Source: an uncultured Chloroflexia bacterium
Lineage (GTDB): Bacteria; Chloroflexota; Limnocylindria; Limnocylindrales; CSP1-4
Direction: 5' to 3'
DNA length: 64,000 nt
Assembly (NCBI GenBank): GCA_963807035.1
Contig: CAWEAL010000003.1
Location: forward strand, 96,869-160,868
Every line of letters begins with the position of its first letter. Position 1 is the stretch's first letter. The translations under genes and the position numbers were made by a program. Positions 19,835 through 27,893 of this stretch are shown in pieces. The notes under the pieces were generated by a model, which saw only the letters and a list, made by a program, of their open reading frames with translations, was not told where the DNA came from and did not search any database.

Positions 19835-19960
19835 GATTGATTCTCCCTCGCCTCGAAACGCCGGAGATTGGGCAGTCCCGAGTGTAGGGGATGGCCCTTC
19901 GTGGTTCAGCATCGAACCATCGGTTGACATTCGAGTCACTCGAAGGTTTAGGCTCACGAG

Positions 19961-20797
19961 ATGAAGATCGCGGAGCTCTCCCGGCGGGCTGGCATCGCCG
20001 CTTCGGCGATCCGCTGGTACGAGAGCCGGGCGGTGATCCCGGCGCCGATGAGGCGGGCGAACGGCTACCGGGAATACGACGAGATCGACCTGGCTCGCCT
20101 GCGGCTGGTCCTCAGCCTCCGGCGCCTCGGCCTCGGGCCGGAGGATGCCGGGCGGCTGGCCGGCCTGTGTCTTGCCCGGAACGCGCTGGATCTCCAGCTC
20201 GGTCCGCTCATTGCGGCTCAGCGCGCTGCGATCGCTCGCCAGCGTGACGATCTTGACCGGCTCGAAGCCGAGCTGATCGACCTCGAGATGACGATCGCGG
20301 CAGCCGGCCGCGCCGAAGGAAAGGAAGTCGAAATGCCCGAGGCCCCGATCCGCGTACTCTTCGTGTGCACCGGCAACAGCGCTCGAAGCCAGATCGCCGA
20401 GGCCGTCCTTGGCCGGATCGGCGGCCCCGATTTCGAGGCTTCCTCGGCCGGCACCGAGCCGAAGGGTGTCAACCCGTTCACGATCCGGGTCCTGGCGGAG
20501 TTCGGAATCGACTGGTCGAGCGCGCGCAGCAAGTCCGTTGATGAGTTCGTCGGCCAGCCGTTCGACTACGTGATCACCGTCTGCGATCGCGCCCGTCAGG
20601 CGTGCCCGGTCTTCCCCGGCCAGTACAACACGCTCCATTGGGGGCTCGAGGACCCGGCCGAGGTCACCGGCAGCGACGAGGAGAAGCTGGCAGCCTTCCG
20701 GCGAACGTACCTGGAGATCGTGCGGCGGGTTCGGCCGTTCGTCGAGCTTGCCCTGCGGGCTGCCGGCCGCAGCCGGCGCCCGGTGATCGCCGGATGA
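19961..20797 (+). CDS. MerR-family HTH regulator fused to an LMW-PTP-type arsenate reductase (ArsC) domain
   Basis: The N-terminus MKIAELSRRAGIAASAIRWYESRAVIPAP..GYREYDEIDLARLRLVLSLRRLG is a MerR HTH followed by a dimerisation helix. The C-terminus IRVLFVCTGNSARSQIAEA...VITVCDRARQACPVFPG has the CTGNSxRS P-loop and the Cys82/Cys89 pair of thioredoxin-coupled ArsC. Confidence 0.85.
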   Translation: MKIAELSRRAGIAASAIRWYESRAVIPAPMRRANGYREYDEIDLARLRLVLSLRRLGLGPEDAGRLAGLCLARNALDLQLGPLIAAQRAAIARQRDDLDRLEAELIDLEMTIAAAGRAEGKEVEMPEAPIRVLFVCTGNSARSQIAEAVLGRIGGPDFEASSAGTEPKGVNPFTIRVLAEFGIDWSSARSKSVDEFVGQPFDYVITVCDRARQACPVFPGQYNTLHWGLEDPAEVTGSDEEKLAAFRRTYLEIVRRVRPFVELALRAAGRSRRPVIAG

Positions 20798-20840
20798 ACG
20801 GTCCGGACCCCCGCGATTCGGCGTTGCCCGAAGCGCTCCG

Positions 20841-21940
20841 ATGAGCGCGGCCATCCTCGCCAAGCTCGAGGACTTCCGCCTCCTGCCGTTCTTCGTCGTC
20901 GTCAGCATGGCGTCGGGATCGTCATCGGCAAGGCGCTGTCGATCTCGGACTTCACGCTCACGCCGCCGATCGACGCGCTCAAGGCGATCGCCGGCGGGCA
21001 CGTTCGAGCTGACGGTCCCGAACGCGATCAGCCTCGGGCGTGCCCGATCGGCCTGTTCGCGATGATGTACCCGGCGATGACGAACGTCCGCGCTCGACGA
21101 GGTCGGGCGACGCCTTCCGGTCGCCGCGCCAGCTGGCGGTCGTGCTGCTCTTCAACTACCTCGTCGCGCCGTTCGTGATGCTCGGCCTGGCGAACGTCTT
21201 CGTGAGCCGACCCGGAGCTGCACACCGGGCTCGTCCTGTACGGCCTGGCGCCGTGCATCGCGATGGTCATCATCTTCACCTTCCTGGCCAAGGGGAACAC
21301 GCCGATGGCGCTCGTCTTCGTGGCGCTCAACTCGGTCGCCCAGATGATCCTCATCCCGGTCTACGCGCGGCTGCTCATCGGCAACGTGAGCTTCGACGTC
21401 TGGGTCGTCGCCGAGAGCGTCGTCCTGTACCTCGGCCTGCCGCTCGTCGCTCGGCGTGCTGACCCGCCAGCTGGTCACGCGGCGCGGCGGCGAGGCGGCG
21501 ATGGAGCGGCTCAAGCCGGGCCTCAACGCGCTCTCGATCCTGGGCCTGCTGTTCACGCTCATCGTCATGTTCTCGCTCAAGGGCGACCTGATCCTCGCAG
21601 CGACCGGGCATCGTCCTCGAGATGGCGATCCCGATGGCGCTCTTCTTCGCGGCTGATGTTCTTCGTCGTCCTGTTCGTCGGCTCGCGGCTGCGCTTCTCG
21701 TACCGCGACGGCGTGGCCGTCGCCTTCAACGCGACCGGCCGGGACTTCGAGATCGCGATCGCCATCGCGATCACGGCGTTCTCGCCCGACCGTCGCCCTG
21801 GCGACGGTGGTCGGGCCCGCTCATCGAGGTCCCGGTGATGCTCGGTCCTCGTCTGGGCCGCGATGCGCCTCGAACCGCGCTGGTTTCAGGCCACCGTGGT
21901 CGAGGCCAGCAGCATGAGCCCCGATCGCAGCCCGTCCTGA
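20841..21940 (+). pseudogene. acr3: Acr3-family arsenite efflux permease, decayed by 8 or more frameshifts
   Basis: Acr3 signatures are spread over 5 ORFs and 3 frames: ..IGLFAMMYPAMTNVR.., ..LAVVLLFNYLVAPFVMLGLANVF.., ..DPELHTGLVLYGLAPCIAMVIIF.., ..LSILGLLFTLIVMFS.., ..FNATGRDFEIAIAIAITAF.., ..VALATVVGP / LIEVPVML... Confidence 0.75.
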
Positions 21941-22001
21941 CGGGGGTACCGCCCGACCCGGCGGATAAGGACGTGGGTCGAGCGGGCGCAGCCGACTACA
22001 G

Positions 22002-23195
22002 TTGTCACTGATGGACGACCGAGTTCGATCCTGGTTCACTCCAGGCGTCCGTGGCATCGGCTTGGCCAGCCTCCTGTCCGACGCCGGCCACGAGATCCCG
22101 ACCGCCCTGCTGCCGAGCCTCCTTACCTCGGTCCTCGGCGCGCCCGCCGTGGCCCTCGGGGTGATCGAAGGCGTGGCCGACGCGCTATCTGGCGCGGCCA
22201 AGTTCATCGGCGGCGCGCTGGCCGACGATCCGGCGCGGCGCCAGTCGATCGCGGTCGGCGGCTACACGCTGACGGCGATCCTGTCCGCCCTGATCGGCGC
22301 GGCTGCGACAACGTGGCAGGTCGGCGTCCTGCGGGCCGGCGCCTGGACCTCGCGCGGGATCCGCGGCCCGGCCAGAAGCGCCCTCCTCGCCGATGCCGTC
22401 GATCCATCGGCCTACGGCCGGGCCTACGGCTTCGAGCGATCGATGGACAACCTGGGCGCGGTCGTCGGCCCGATCCTCGCCGTCATCCTGGTCGGCCTCG
22501 TCGGGATCCGCGGCGCGATCCTCCTCTCGGTCATCCCGGGCCTGCTGGCTGCCGGGGCGATCGTGTATGCGATCCGCCACCTCGAGCGGCCGCCGGCGCT
22601 CCGCAGCACGCCGCTTCGGTTCACGGTCCGGCCGCTGCTCCGAGGCTCGCTCGGCCGGCTCTTCGTCGGGATCGGCGCCTTCGAGATCGGCAACATGGCC
22701 GCCACCCTCCTGATCCTCCGGGCGACCCAGCTGTTCGAGCCCGGACATGGAACGGACGGTGCGGCCCAGCTGGCGATCTTCCTGTACGTCCTTTACAACC
22801 TCGCGGGCACGTTCAGCAGCCTGCCCGCCGGCCGGTTGGGCGATCGGATCGGGATGCGCCCGATCCTCCTTGCCGGCGCCCTCCTGTTCGCCGCGAGCTA
22901 CGGCCTGTTCGCGATCAGCGGACCCGATCCGATCGTCCTCGGCGTCGCCTTCGTCCTGGCCGGCATCGGCATCGGCTGCGTGGAGACGGCCGAGAACGGC
23001 CTGGTGGCGGGCCGCGCCCCGGCCGATCTGCGTGGGTCCGCCTTCGGCATCCTGGCCTCGATCCAGAGTGCCGGGGACTTCGGGGCGAGCGTGATCGCCG
23101 GCTTGCTCTGGACGTTGATCGCGCCCGCCGCGGCCTTCGCCTACGGAGTCGTGGCCGTCCTCGTGGCAGCGGCGGTCTTCGCGACCGGAACCTGA
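22002..23195 (+). CDS. MFS transporter (12-TMS)
   Basis: 397 aa with about 12 hydrophobic helices and the MFS loop motif between TM2 and TM3 (GALADDPARRQSI). Confidence 0.8.
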   Translation: MSLMDDRVRSWFTPGVRGIGLASLLSDAGHEIPTALLPSLLTSVLGAPAVALGVIEGVADALSGAAKFIGGALADDPARRQSIAVGGYTLTAILSALIGAAATTWQVGVLRAGAWTSRGIRGPARSALLADAVDPSAYGRAYGFERSMDNLGAVVGPILAVILVGLVGIRGAILLSVIPGLLAAGAIVYAIRHLERPPALRSTPLRFTVRPLLRGSLGRLFVGIGAFEIGNMAATLLILRATQLFEPGHGTDGAAQLAIFLYVLYNLAGTFSSLPAGRLGDRIGMRPILLAGALLFAASYGLFAISGPDPIVLGVAFVLAGIGIGCVETAENGLVAGRAPADLRGSAFGILASIQSAGDFGASVIAGLLWTLIAPAAAFAYGVVAVLVAAAVFATGT

Positions 23196-23351
23196 CCTCC
23201 GAGATCCCGCGGTCCGTAATCCGATCGCAAGGTAGGTTGGCGGACGATGTGCTCGCATCCCAGGGGAGCCGGGCCAACACCGGCACCCGAAGGATCTCTC
23301 CCTCCTCCAGGGCGACCGGCCGGACCTCCTGTGTCCGGCCGGTCGCCTGTT

Positions 23352-24026
23352 TCAGGCCTCGTCCACCTCGACCGCCGGCTCGCTCGCCAGCATCATCTCG
23401 ACCTCGAGGTCGATCTCGCGTCGCTCGGGCAGCCGGCGCGGTTTCGGGTGGCGCCGGCCGGGCGCAACGGCGGCGGCCGTCCGGCCGGGCCGTCCGTGCT
23501 GCGGTCCCGTGGCCAGCGCGGCGTCGGGTTCGCGATACGGTCCCTGGGTTCGCCGCGGCAGCTCCTCATCGGCCAGCTTGCGGAGGCGAGCCATCAGCTG
23601 CCGCTCGGTCGGCCGCCGCGAGGTCGTCCGGCTTGTCACCGCGACGTCCGAGCCGGCATGGGTGGCCAGCCGCCCGAGCAGCTCGGCAAACCGGTCGTGC
23701 GGCCGTCCACGACCGCTCACCTCGACCACGTCCAGGTCGGCCAGTCGCTCGGCGAGGTCGGCCAGGTAGTGGCGCATCCCCTCGAGGTGCCGGCCCTCGC
23801 TCCGGTGTTCGGCGAGATGGCCGCCGCCCGACGGTCGGGCCGGGCCGCGTCGGATCGAGCCGACCGCCGTTCGGCGGGGCGGGACGCCGCTCTCGAACAG
23901 CTCGACCACCGGTTCGCCGCGCCAGCGGACGATGATCGCTCGCTCGGCGTCCATCCAGACCAGCCCGACCCGCTCGGGGTCGACGGCCTGGGCACGTGGG
24001 AATCGATCGACTGGGCTCGCCATCAC
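23352..24026 (-). CDS. hypothetical protein
   Basis: 224-aa ORF, Arg-rich. No recognised domain. No competing ORF on the opposite strand with better coding character. Confidence 0.3.
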   Translation of the reverse strand: MMASPVDRFPRAQAVDPERVGLVWMDAERAIIVRWRGEPVVELFESGVPPRRTAVGSIRRGPARPSGGGHLAEHRSEGRHLEGMRHYLADLAERLADLDVVEVSGRGRPHDRFAELLGRLATHAGSDVAVTSRTTSRRPTERQLMARLRKLADEELPRRTQGPYREPDAALATGPQHGRPGRTAAAVAPGRRHPKPRRLPERREIDLEVEMMLASEPAVEVDEA

Positions 24027-24084
24027 ACGCTCCTTCGCTGAAACTCGCGCGTTGCGTTTGGCCCGTCTAGCCTACGACGATCGT

Positions 24085-24720
24085 TCAGCGACGGGCCCGG
24101 CGCGTTGCCTGGGCAAGGTCCGTCCGGCCCGCCTCCGTCAGCCCGCCGATCACCCCGTCAATGTCGGCATCGGAGCGGTTCTGGCTGAGCTTCGCCTTGG
24201 CCTCGATCCGCTCGACCAGGAGCTCAACGCCGACGATCGCCCGGAGCTGGCCGGCGACGTACGGCGCGGGTGCGTCGTCGACGGACCACGGCTCGGACCG
24301 GGCCGCCTCGTGGTGCTCGGTCAGGCGCCGGACGAGCGCCTCGAGCCAGACGACATCGTCGTGGATCAGGAGTCGGCCGTAGGCATGAGCCGTGAGGTAA
24401 TTCCAGGTCGGCACGACTCGTCCGTGCTCGCGCTTGGCCGCGTACCAGGCCGGCGTGATGTAGGCGTCGGGTCCCCGGACGATCACGAGCGATTCGCCCT
24501 GGGCCGGCTCGCGCCATTGCGGGTTGTTCCGGGCGACGTGCCCGACGAGCGAGCCGAGCGGACCGGCATCGGGCCGGCTGCCAGGTGGGTCGAACAGGAA
24601 CGGCAGCATCGTCGCGAGCAGGCCGTGGCCGGTCGAGGTGACGAGATCGGCCGCGCCCTGGTGGAGCAGGAGATCGCGGACGGCCTCGTCGTCCGCCGCG
24701 AAGTGGGCGGGGATGTACAT
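24085..24720 (-). CDS. FMN-binding negative transcriptional regulator, PaiB family
   Basis: MYIPAHFAADDEAVRDLLLHQGAADLVT...LATMLPFLFD...AYITPAWY is the PaiB/FMN-binding split-barrel signature. Confidence 0.8.
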   Translation of the reverse strand: MYIPAHFAADDEAVRDLLLHQGAADLVTSTGHGLLATMLPFLFDPPGSRPDAGPLGSLVGHVARNNPQWREPAQGESLVIVRGPDAYITPAWYAAKREHGRVVPTWNYLTAHAYGRLLIHDDVVWLEALVRRLTEHHEAARSEPWSVDDAPAPYVAGQLRAIVGVELLVERIEAKAKLSQNRSDADIDGVIGGLTEAGRTDLAQATRRARR

Positions 24721-25361
24721 CAGCCCGGCCGGCTTTCACCGGCGCGGATGCTCAAAGCGCGCGACCCGATCACGGGCACGAGCGCCAGCGCCAACCAAGC
24801 CAGTGTCAGGGCCAGGAAGATCCGCTCGTAGAGCCCGCCGTCGCCGGCCGCCCGGTCGAGGGTCCGACCGGTGACGAGGCCGGCGATCGCCGCCGCGACG
24901 GCGATCACGCCAAGGGCGTTCCGCGACTGCTGCCAGAGGGCTTCGAGCCGGGTCCGGGCCGACAGGAACAGCACTCCGACCGACACGGCGACGAACGCGA
25001 CCGCGGCGAGCAGGAGGTGGATCTGGCCACTCCCAGTCAGCGGCCGGCCGGCCGGGCTGTCGGGGAAGAAGGCGAGCAGTGCCGAAGCGACGGCCCACAC
25101 GGCGACCAGCCCAAGCCCGACGCGGAGCCGGGCCGGCTCCTCAGCTGCCAGGTCGATCGCGGCCACCGCTGCCACGGACAGGGCGCCGCGCAGCACGAAA
25201 TTCAGGTCCATCAGCCAGGCGAACGCGCCGCGCCCGTAGTCGCTCTCGGGGTTGTGGATGAGGCTGACGTCCGGGCGGAGCACCGCCAGGGCGATGTCGA
25301 TCACGACATACAGGACGATCCCGGCGACCGCGGCAATCGCCAGCGACCTTGCTCGCTGCAT
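24720..25361 (-). CDS. DUF998-like integral membrane protein
   Basis: About 6 TM helices. The start is taken at MQRARSL. Confidence 0.5.
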   Translation of the reverse strand: MQRARSLAIAAVAGIVLYVVIDIALAVLRPDVSLIHNPESDYGRGAFAWLMDLNFVLRGALSVAAVAAIDLAAEEPARLRVGLGLVAVWAVASALLAFFPDSPAGRPLTGSGQIHLLLAAVAFVAVSVGVLFLSARTRLEALWQQSRNALGVIAVAAAIAGLVTGRTLDRAAGDGGLYERIFLALTLAWLALALVPVIGSRALSIRAGESRPG

Positions 25362-25596
25362 CCTCAATTCGCTGCCCCATATTCCGACGGCCGGCATCGG
25401 TCCGGTCCGCTCCGCTCGGAGCTCCCGCGACAGCCTGCCCGCGGCGGGCCACCCGGAGCCTCCGGAATCCTGGCCCCATGCTATTCCTGACGACGTCGGG
25501 CGTTGGTTCGGTGGAGGGAGCGCGAACGTTGACGCGATTCACGCGGGGAGGCCGGCCAGCACCCGGGGCAGTGGCAGCGCGGCTCCTGGGCCGTAG

Positions 25597-25857
25597 CCCG
25601 CTCTCGCCCGACGAGGCGGAACACCGTTGCGGGGTGCCGTCCGTCTCGCGCGTCGGCCGGCCGGCGCGGGATCGCACGCAGCTCCGGCCCGCTCTCGTCC
25701 GACGAGGCAGAACACCGTCGCTGAGTCCCGTCCGTCTCGCGCGTCGGCCGGCCGGCGCGGGATCGCACGCAGCTCCGGCCCGCTCTCGTCCGACGAGGCA
25801 GAACACCGTCGCTGAGTCCCGTCCGTCTCGCGCGTCGGCCGGCCGGCGCGGGATCGC
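25597..25857. repeat. tandem repeat, 91-bp unit x about 2.9 copies, each unit containing the palindrome cggccggccg
   Basis: Direct reading shows copies at 25597, 25688 and 25779. It lies in a noncoding gap. Confidence 0.85.
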
Positions 25858-26085
25858 GGTTCTCAGTCAAATGAGGGCTGCAGCGACCCTTAACTGCGTT
25901 CGCGACCCACGCAGCGCCTCAAGCGGCCCTTGCCGGTGGGCATTCATGCACGGTTTGGCAGCGGGAGGCGATCGCGCAGAGCCTCAATCGGGGCTGATCC
26001 ACGCATAAGGGTTGTTCCGGCGCGCTTTTGACCGGAATCACCTCCGACCCGCGAGGGGCTCCCAGCGAGGCGACCTCTGCCCGCA

Positions 26086-26215
26086 CCGGCGCCCGCGCCT
26101 CGTGCCGGCGCCCGCGCCTCGTGCCGGCGCCCGCGCCTCGTGCCGGCGCCCGCGCCTCGTGCCGGCGCCCGCGCCTCGTGCCGGCGCCCGCGCCTCGTGC
26201 CGGCGCCCGCCCCGT
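26086..26215. repeat. tandem repeat, 19-bp unit ccggcgcccgcgcctcgtg x about 6.5
   Basis: Direct reading. The period is not a multiple of 3. It lies immediately 3-prime of the ABC operon. Confidence 0.85.
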
Positions 26216-26235
26216 GCCGACACGCGGGGCCGAGG

Positions 26236-26934
26236 TCAGCTCGACATCAGCCGCCCATCGTGAAGCTCGACCACCCTGTCGGCCACGTCGAGCATCGCCG
26301 GGTCGTGGGTCGCGACGATGGCCGTCACCCCTTCGGCCCGGACGACCTGCCGGATCAGGGTCATGACCACGTGGCCCGTCTCGGAGTCGAGCTGGCCGGT
26401 CGGTTCATCGGCCAGCAGGATCCGCGGACGGTTGGCCAGCGCCCGGGCGATCGCGACCCGCTGCTGCTCGCCGCCGGACAGCTCCGCCGGACGATGCTCG
26501 GCCCTGCCCCCGAGGCCGACGACGTCGAGCATTTCCCGCACGCGTTCGCGGCGCGGGCCCGGCGCCGTCGCCGCCAGCCGGAGCGGGATCTCGACATTCT
26601 CGGCCGCGCTCAGGATCGGGAGCAGGCCGAAGCCCTGGAAGACGAAGCCGATCGTGCGCCGGCGAAGCTCGAGCAGCTCGGCAGAGGACAGGCCTGCGAG
26701 GTCGCGCCCATCGATCGCCACCCGACCGGATGTCGGCCGGTCGAGACCGCCGAGGACATTCAGGAGGGTCGTCTTGCCGCTGCCCGAGCGACCCCGGACG
26801 GCGACGAGCTCGCCCGGCTCGACCCGCAGGTCGACGCCGGCCAGGGCATGGATGACGCCGTCGCCGGACGGATAGTCGCGGGTGATTCCGTGGGCCTCGA
26901 CCGCGGCCAGCCCGACTTCGAGTCGCGCGCTCAC
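26236..26934 (-). CDS. ABC transporter ATP-binding protein (MacB/LolD-like), the second ATPase of the operon
   Basis: GTG start overlapping the upstream stop (GTGA). Motifs: Walker A GRSGSGKTT, signature LSGGEQQRV, Walker [10 protein letters not shown]. Confidence 0.85.
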   Translation of the reverse strand: MSARLEVGLAAVEAHGITRDYPSGDGVIHALAGVDLRVEPGELVAVRGRSGSGKTTLLNVLGGLDRPTSGRVAIDGRDLAGLSSAELLELRRRTIGFVFQGFGLLPILSAAENVEIPLRLAATAPGPRRERVREMLDVVGLGGRAEHRPAELSGGEQQRVAIARALANRPRILLADEPTGQLDSETGHVVMTLIRQVVRAEGVTAIVATHDPAMLDVADRVVELHDGRLMSS

Positions 26935-27893
26935 TGGGGCGCCTCGCCGCTCGCCGGCGCGTCGCCGCTCGCCGGCCCCCCGTGACTCTTCGGCTCGCCG
27001 GCCGGCCAGACGCCGACGTGATCCTCCTCGAGCCGCAGCCGGACCCGGTCGGCCAGGGCCAGCTTGTCGATGTGGGCGCGTGGCAGCTGCAGCCGGCCGG
27101 CCCGATCGAGGACCGCGAACTCCTCCGCGATCACCCGGTGGCCTCCGGCGTCCGAGCGCTCGGTCCGGCGAACGGTCTCGGTGCTCGTGCGACCGTCCCG
27201 AATCGCGACGGTCCGGGTCACGTGATCGGCGACCAGGGGATCGTGGGTCACCGCCACGATCGTCGTGCCGACCTCGCGGTTGATCCGCCGGAGCAGCTCG
27301 AAGACCTCGGCCGACGTGGTGCTGTCGAGCTCTCCGGTCGGCTCGTCGGCCAGCAGGACGGATGGCGCGTTGGCCAGGGCGACCGCGATCGCCACCCGCT
27401 GCTGCTCGCCGCCCGACAGCTGGCCGGGCTTGCGGCGGGCCCGATCGGGCAGGCCGACGAGCTCGAGCAGGTCTTCCGCCCGCTGCTGTCGGTTCGGCCG
27501 CCCGTCGAGGACCATCGGCAGCTCGACGTTGGAAATCGCGTCGAGTTGGGGCAGCAGGTTCCGGGACGTCTGCTGCCAGATCATCCCGACGGTTCGCCGC
27601 CGATAGCGCGTTCGCTCGGCCCGCGACAGGCGGGCGAGGTCGAGGCCGTCGACTACGGCCCGCCCGGCCGTCGGGACGTCGAGCCCGCCGAGGATATTGA
27701 GCAGGGTCGACTTGCCGCTGCCCGACGCGCCCACGATGGCGACCATCTCGCCCGTTCGAATCCGCAGGTCGAGGCCCTGGAGCGCCACCACTTCGACATC
27801 GGCCACGCTGTAGATCCGGACGAGGTTGTCGCATATGACGATGCTGCCGACGCTGCTGCCGGCCGTGGCCTGGGTCTCGATCATCGTCTTCAT
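26931..27893 (-). CDS. ABC transporter ATP-binding protein (MacB/LolD-like) with a C-terminal extension, the first ATPase
   Basis: Motifs: [45 protein letters not shown]. It also has a roughly 90-aa C-terminal tail. Confidence 0.85.
   Translation of the reverse strand: MKTMIETQATAGSSVGSIVICDNLVRIYSVADVEVVALQGLDLRIRTGEMVAIVGASGSGKSTLLNILGGLDVPTAGRAVVDGLDLARLSRAERTRYRRRTVGMIWQQTSRNLLPQLDAISNVELPMVLDGRPNRQQRAEDLLELVGLPDRARRKPGQLSGGEQQRVAIAVALANAPSVLLADEPTGELDSTTSAEVFELLRRINREVGTTIVAVTHDPLVADHVTRTVAIRDGRTSTETVRRTERSDAGGHRVIAEEFAVLDRAGRLQLPRAHIDKLALADRVRLRLEEDHVGVWPAGEPKSHGGPASGDAPASGEAPQ

Noticed and set aside
19835-21001. Upstream 388 aa of the 547-aa minus-strand ORF 19358..21001
   Set aside because: Antisense to the well-supported MerR-ArsC gene and to acr3, with no protein-like features. 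Only the C-terminal 159 aa (SnoaL-like, with its own RBS and GTG) is real.
22185-23258. 357-aa minus-strand ORF and 540-aa plus-strand alternative frame over the MFS gene
   Set aside because: Arg-rich nonsense. The MFS frame shows 12 TM helices.
25349-26008. 219-aa plus-strand ORF across the 91-bp repeat region
   Set aside because: Its translation merely repeats with the DNA repeats (…PDEAEHRCGVPSVSRVGRPARD… three times). No start context. The region is treated as noncoding.
25597-26215. Possibility that the tandem repeats here, or at 45857..46040, are CRISPR arrays
   Set aside because: The repeats are contiguous with no unique spacers. Unit lengths of 91, 19 and 62 bp and the absence of cas genes do not fit CRISPR.
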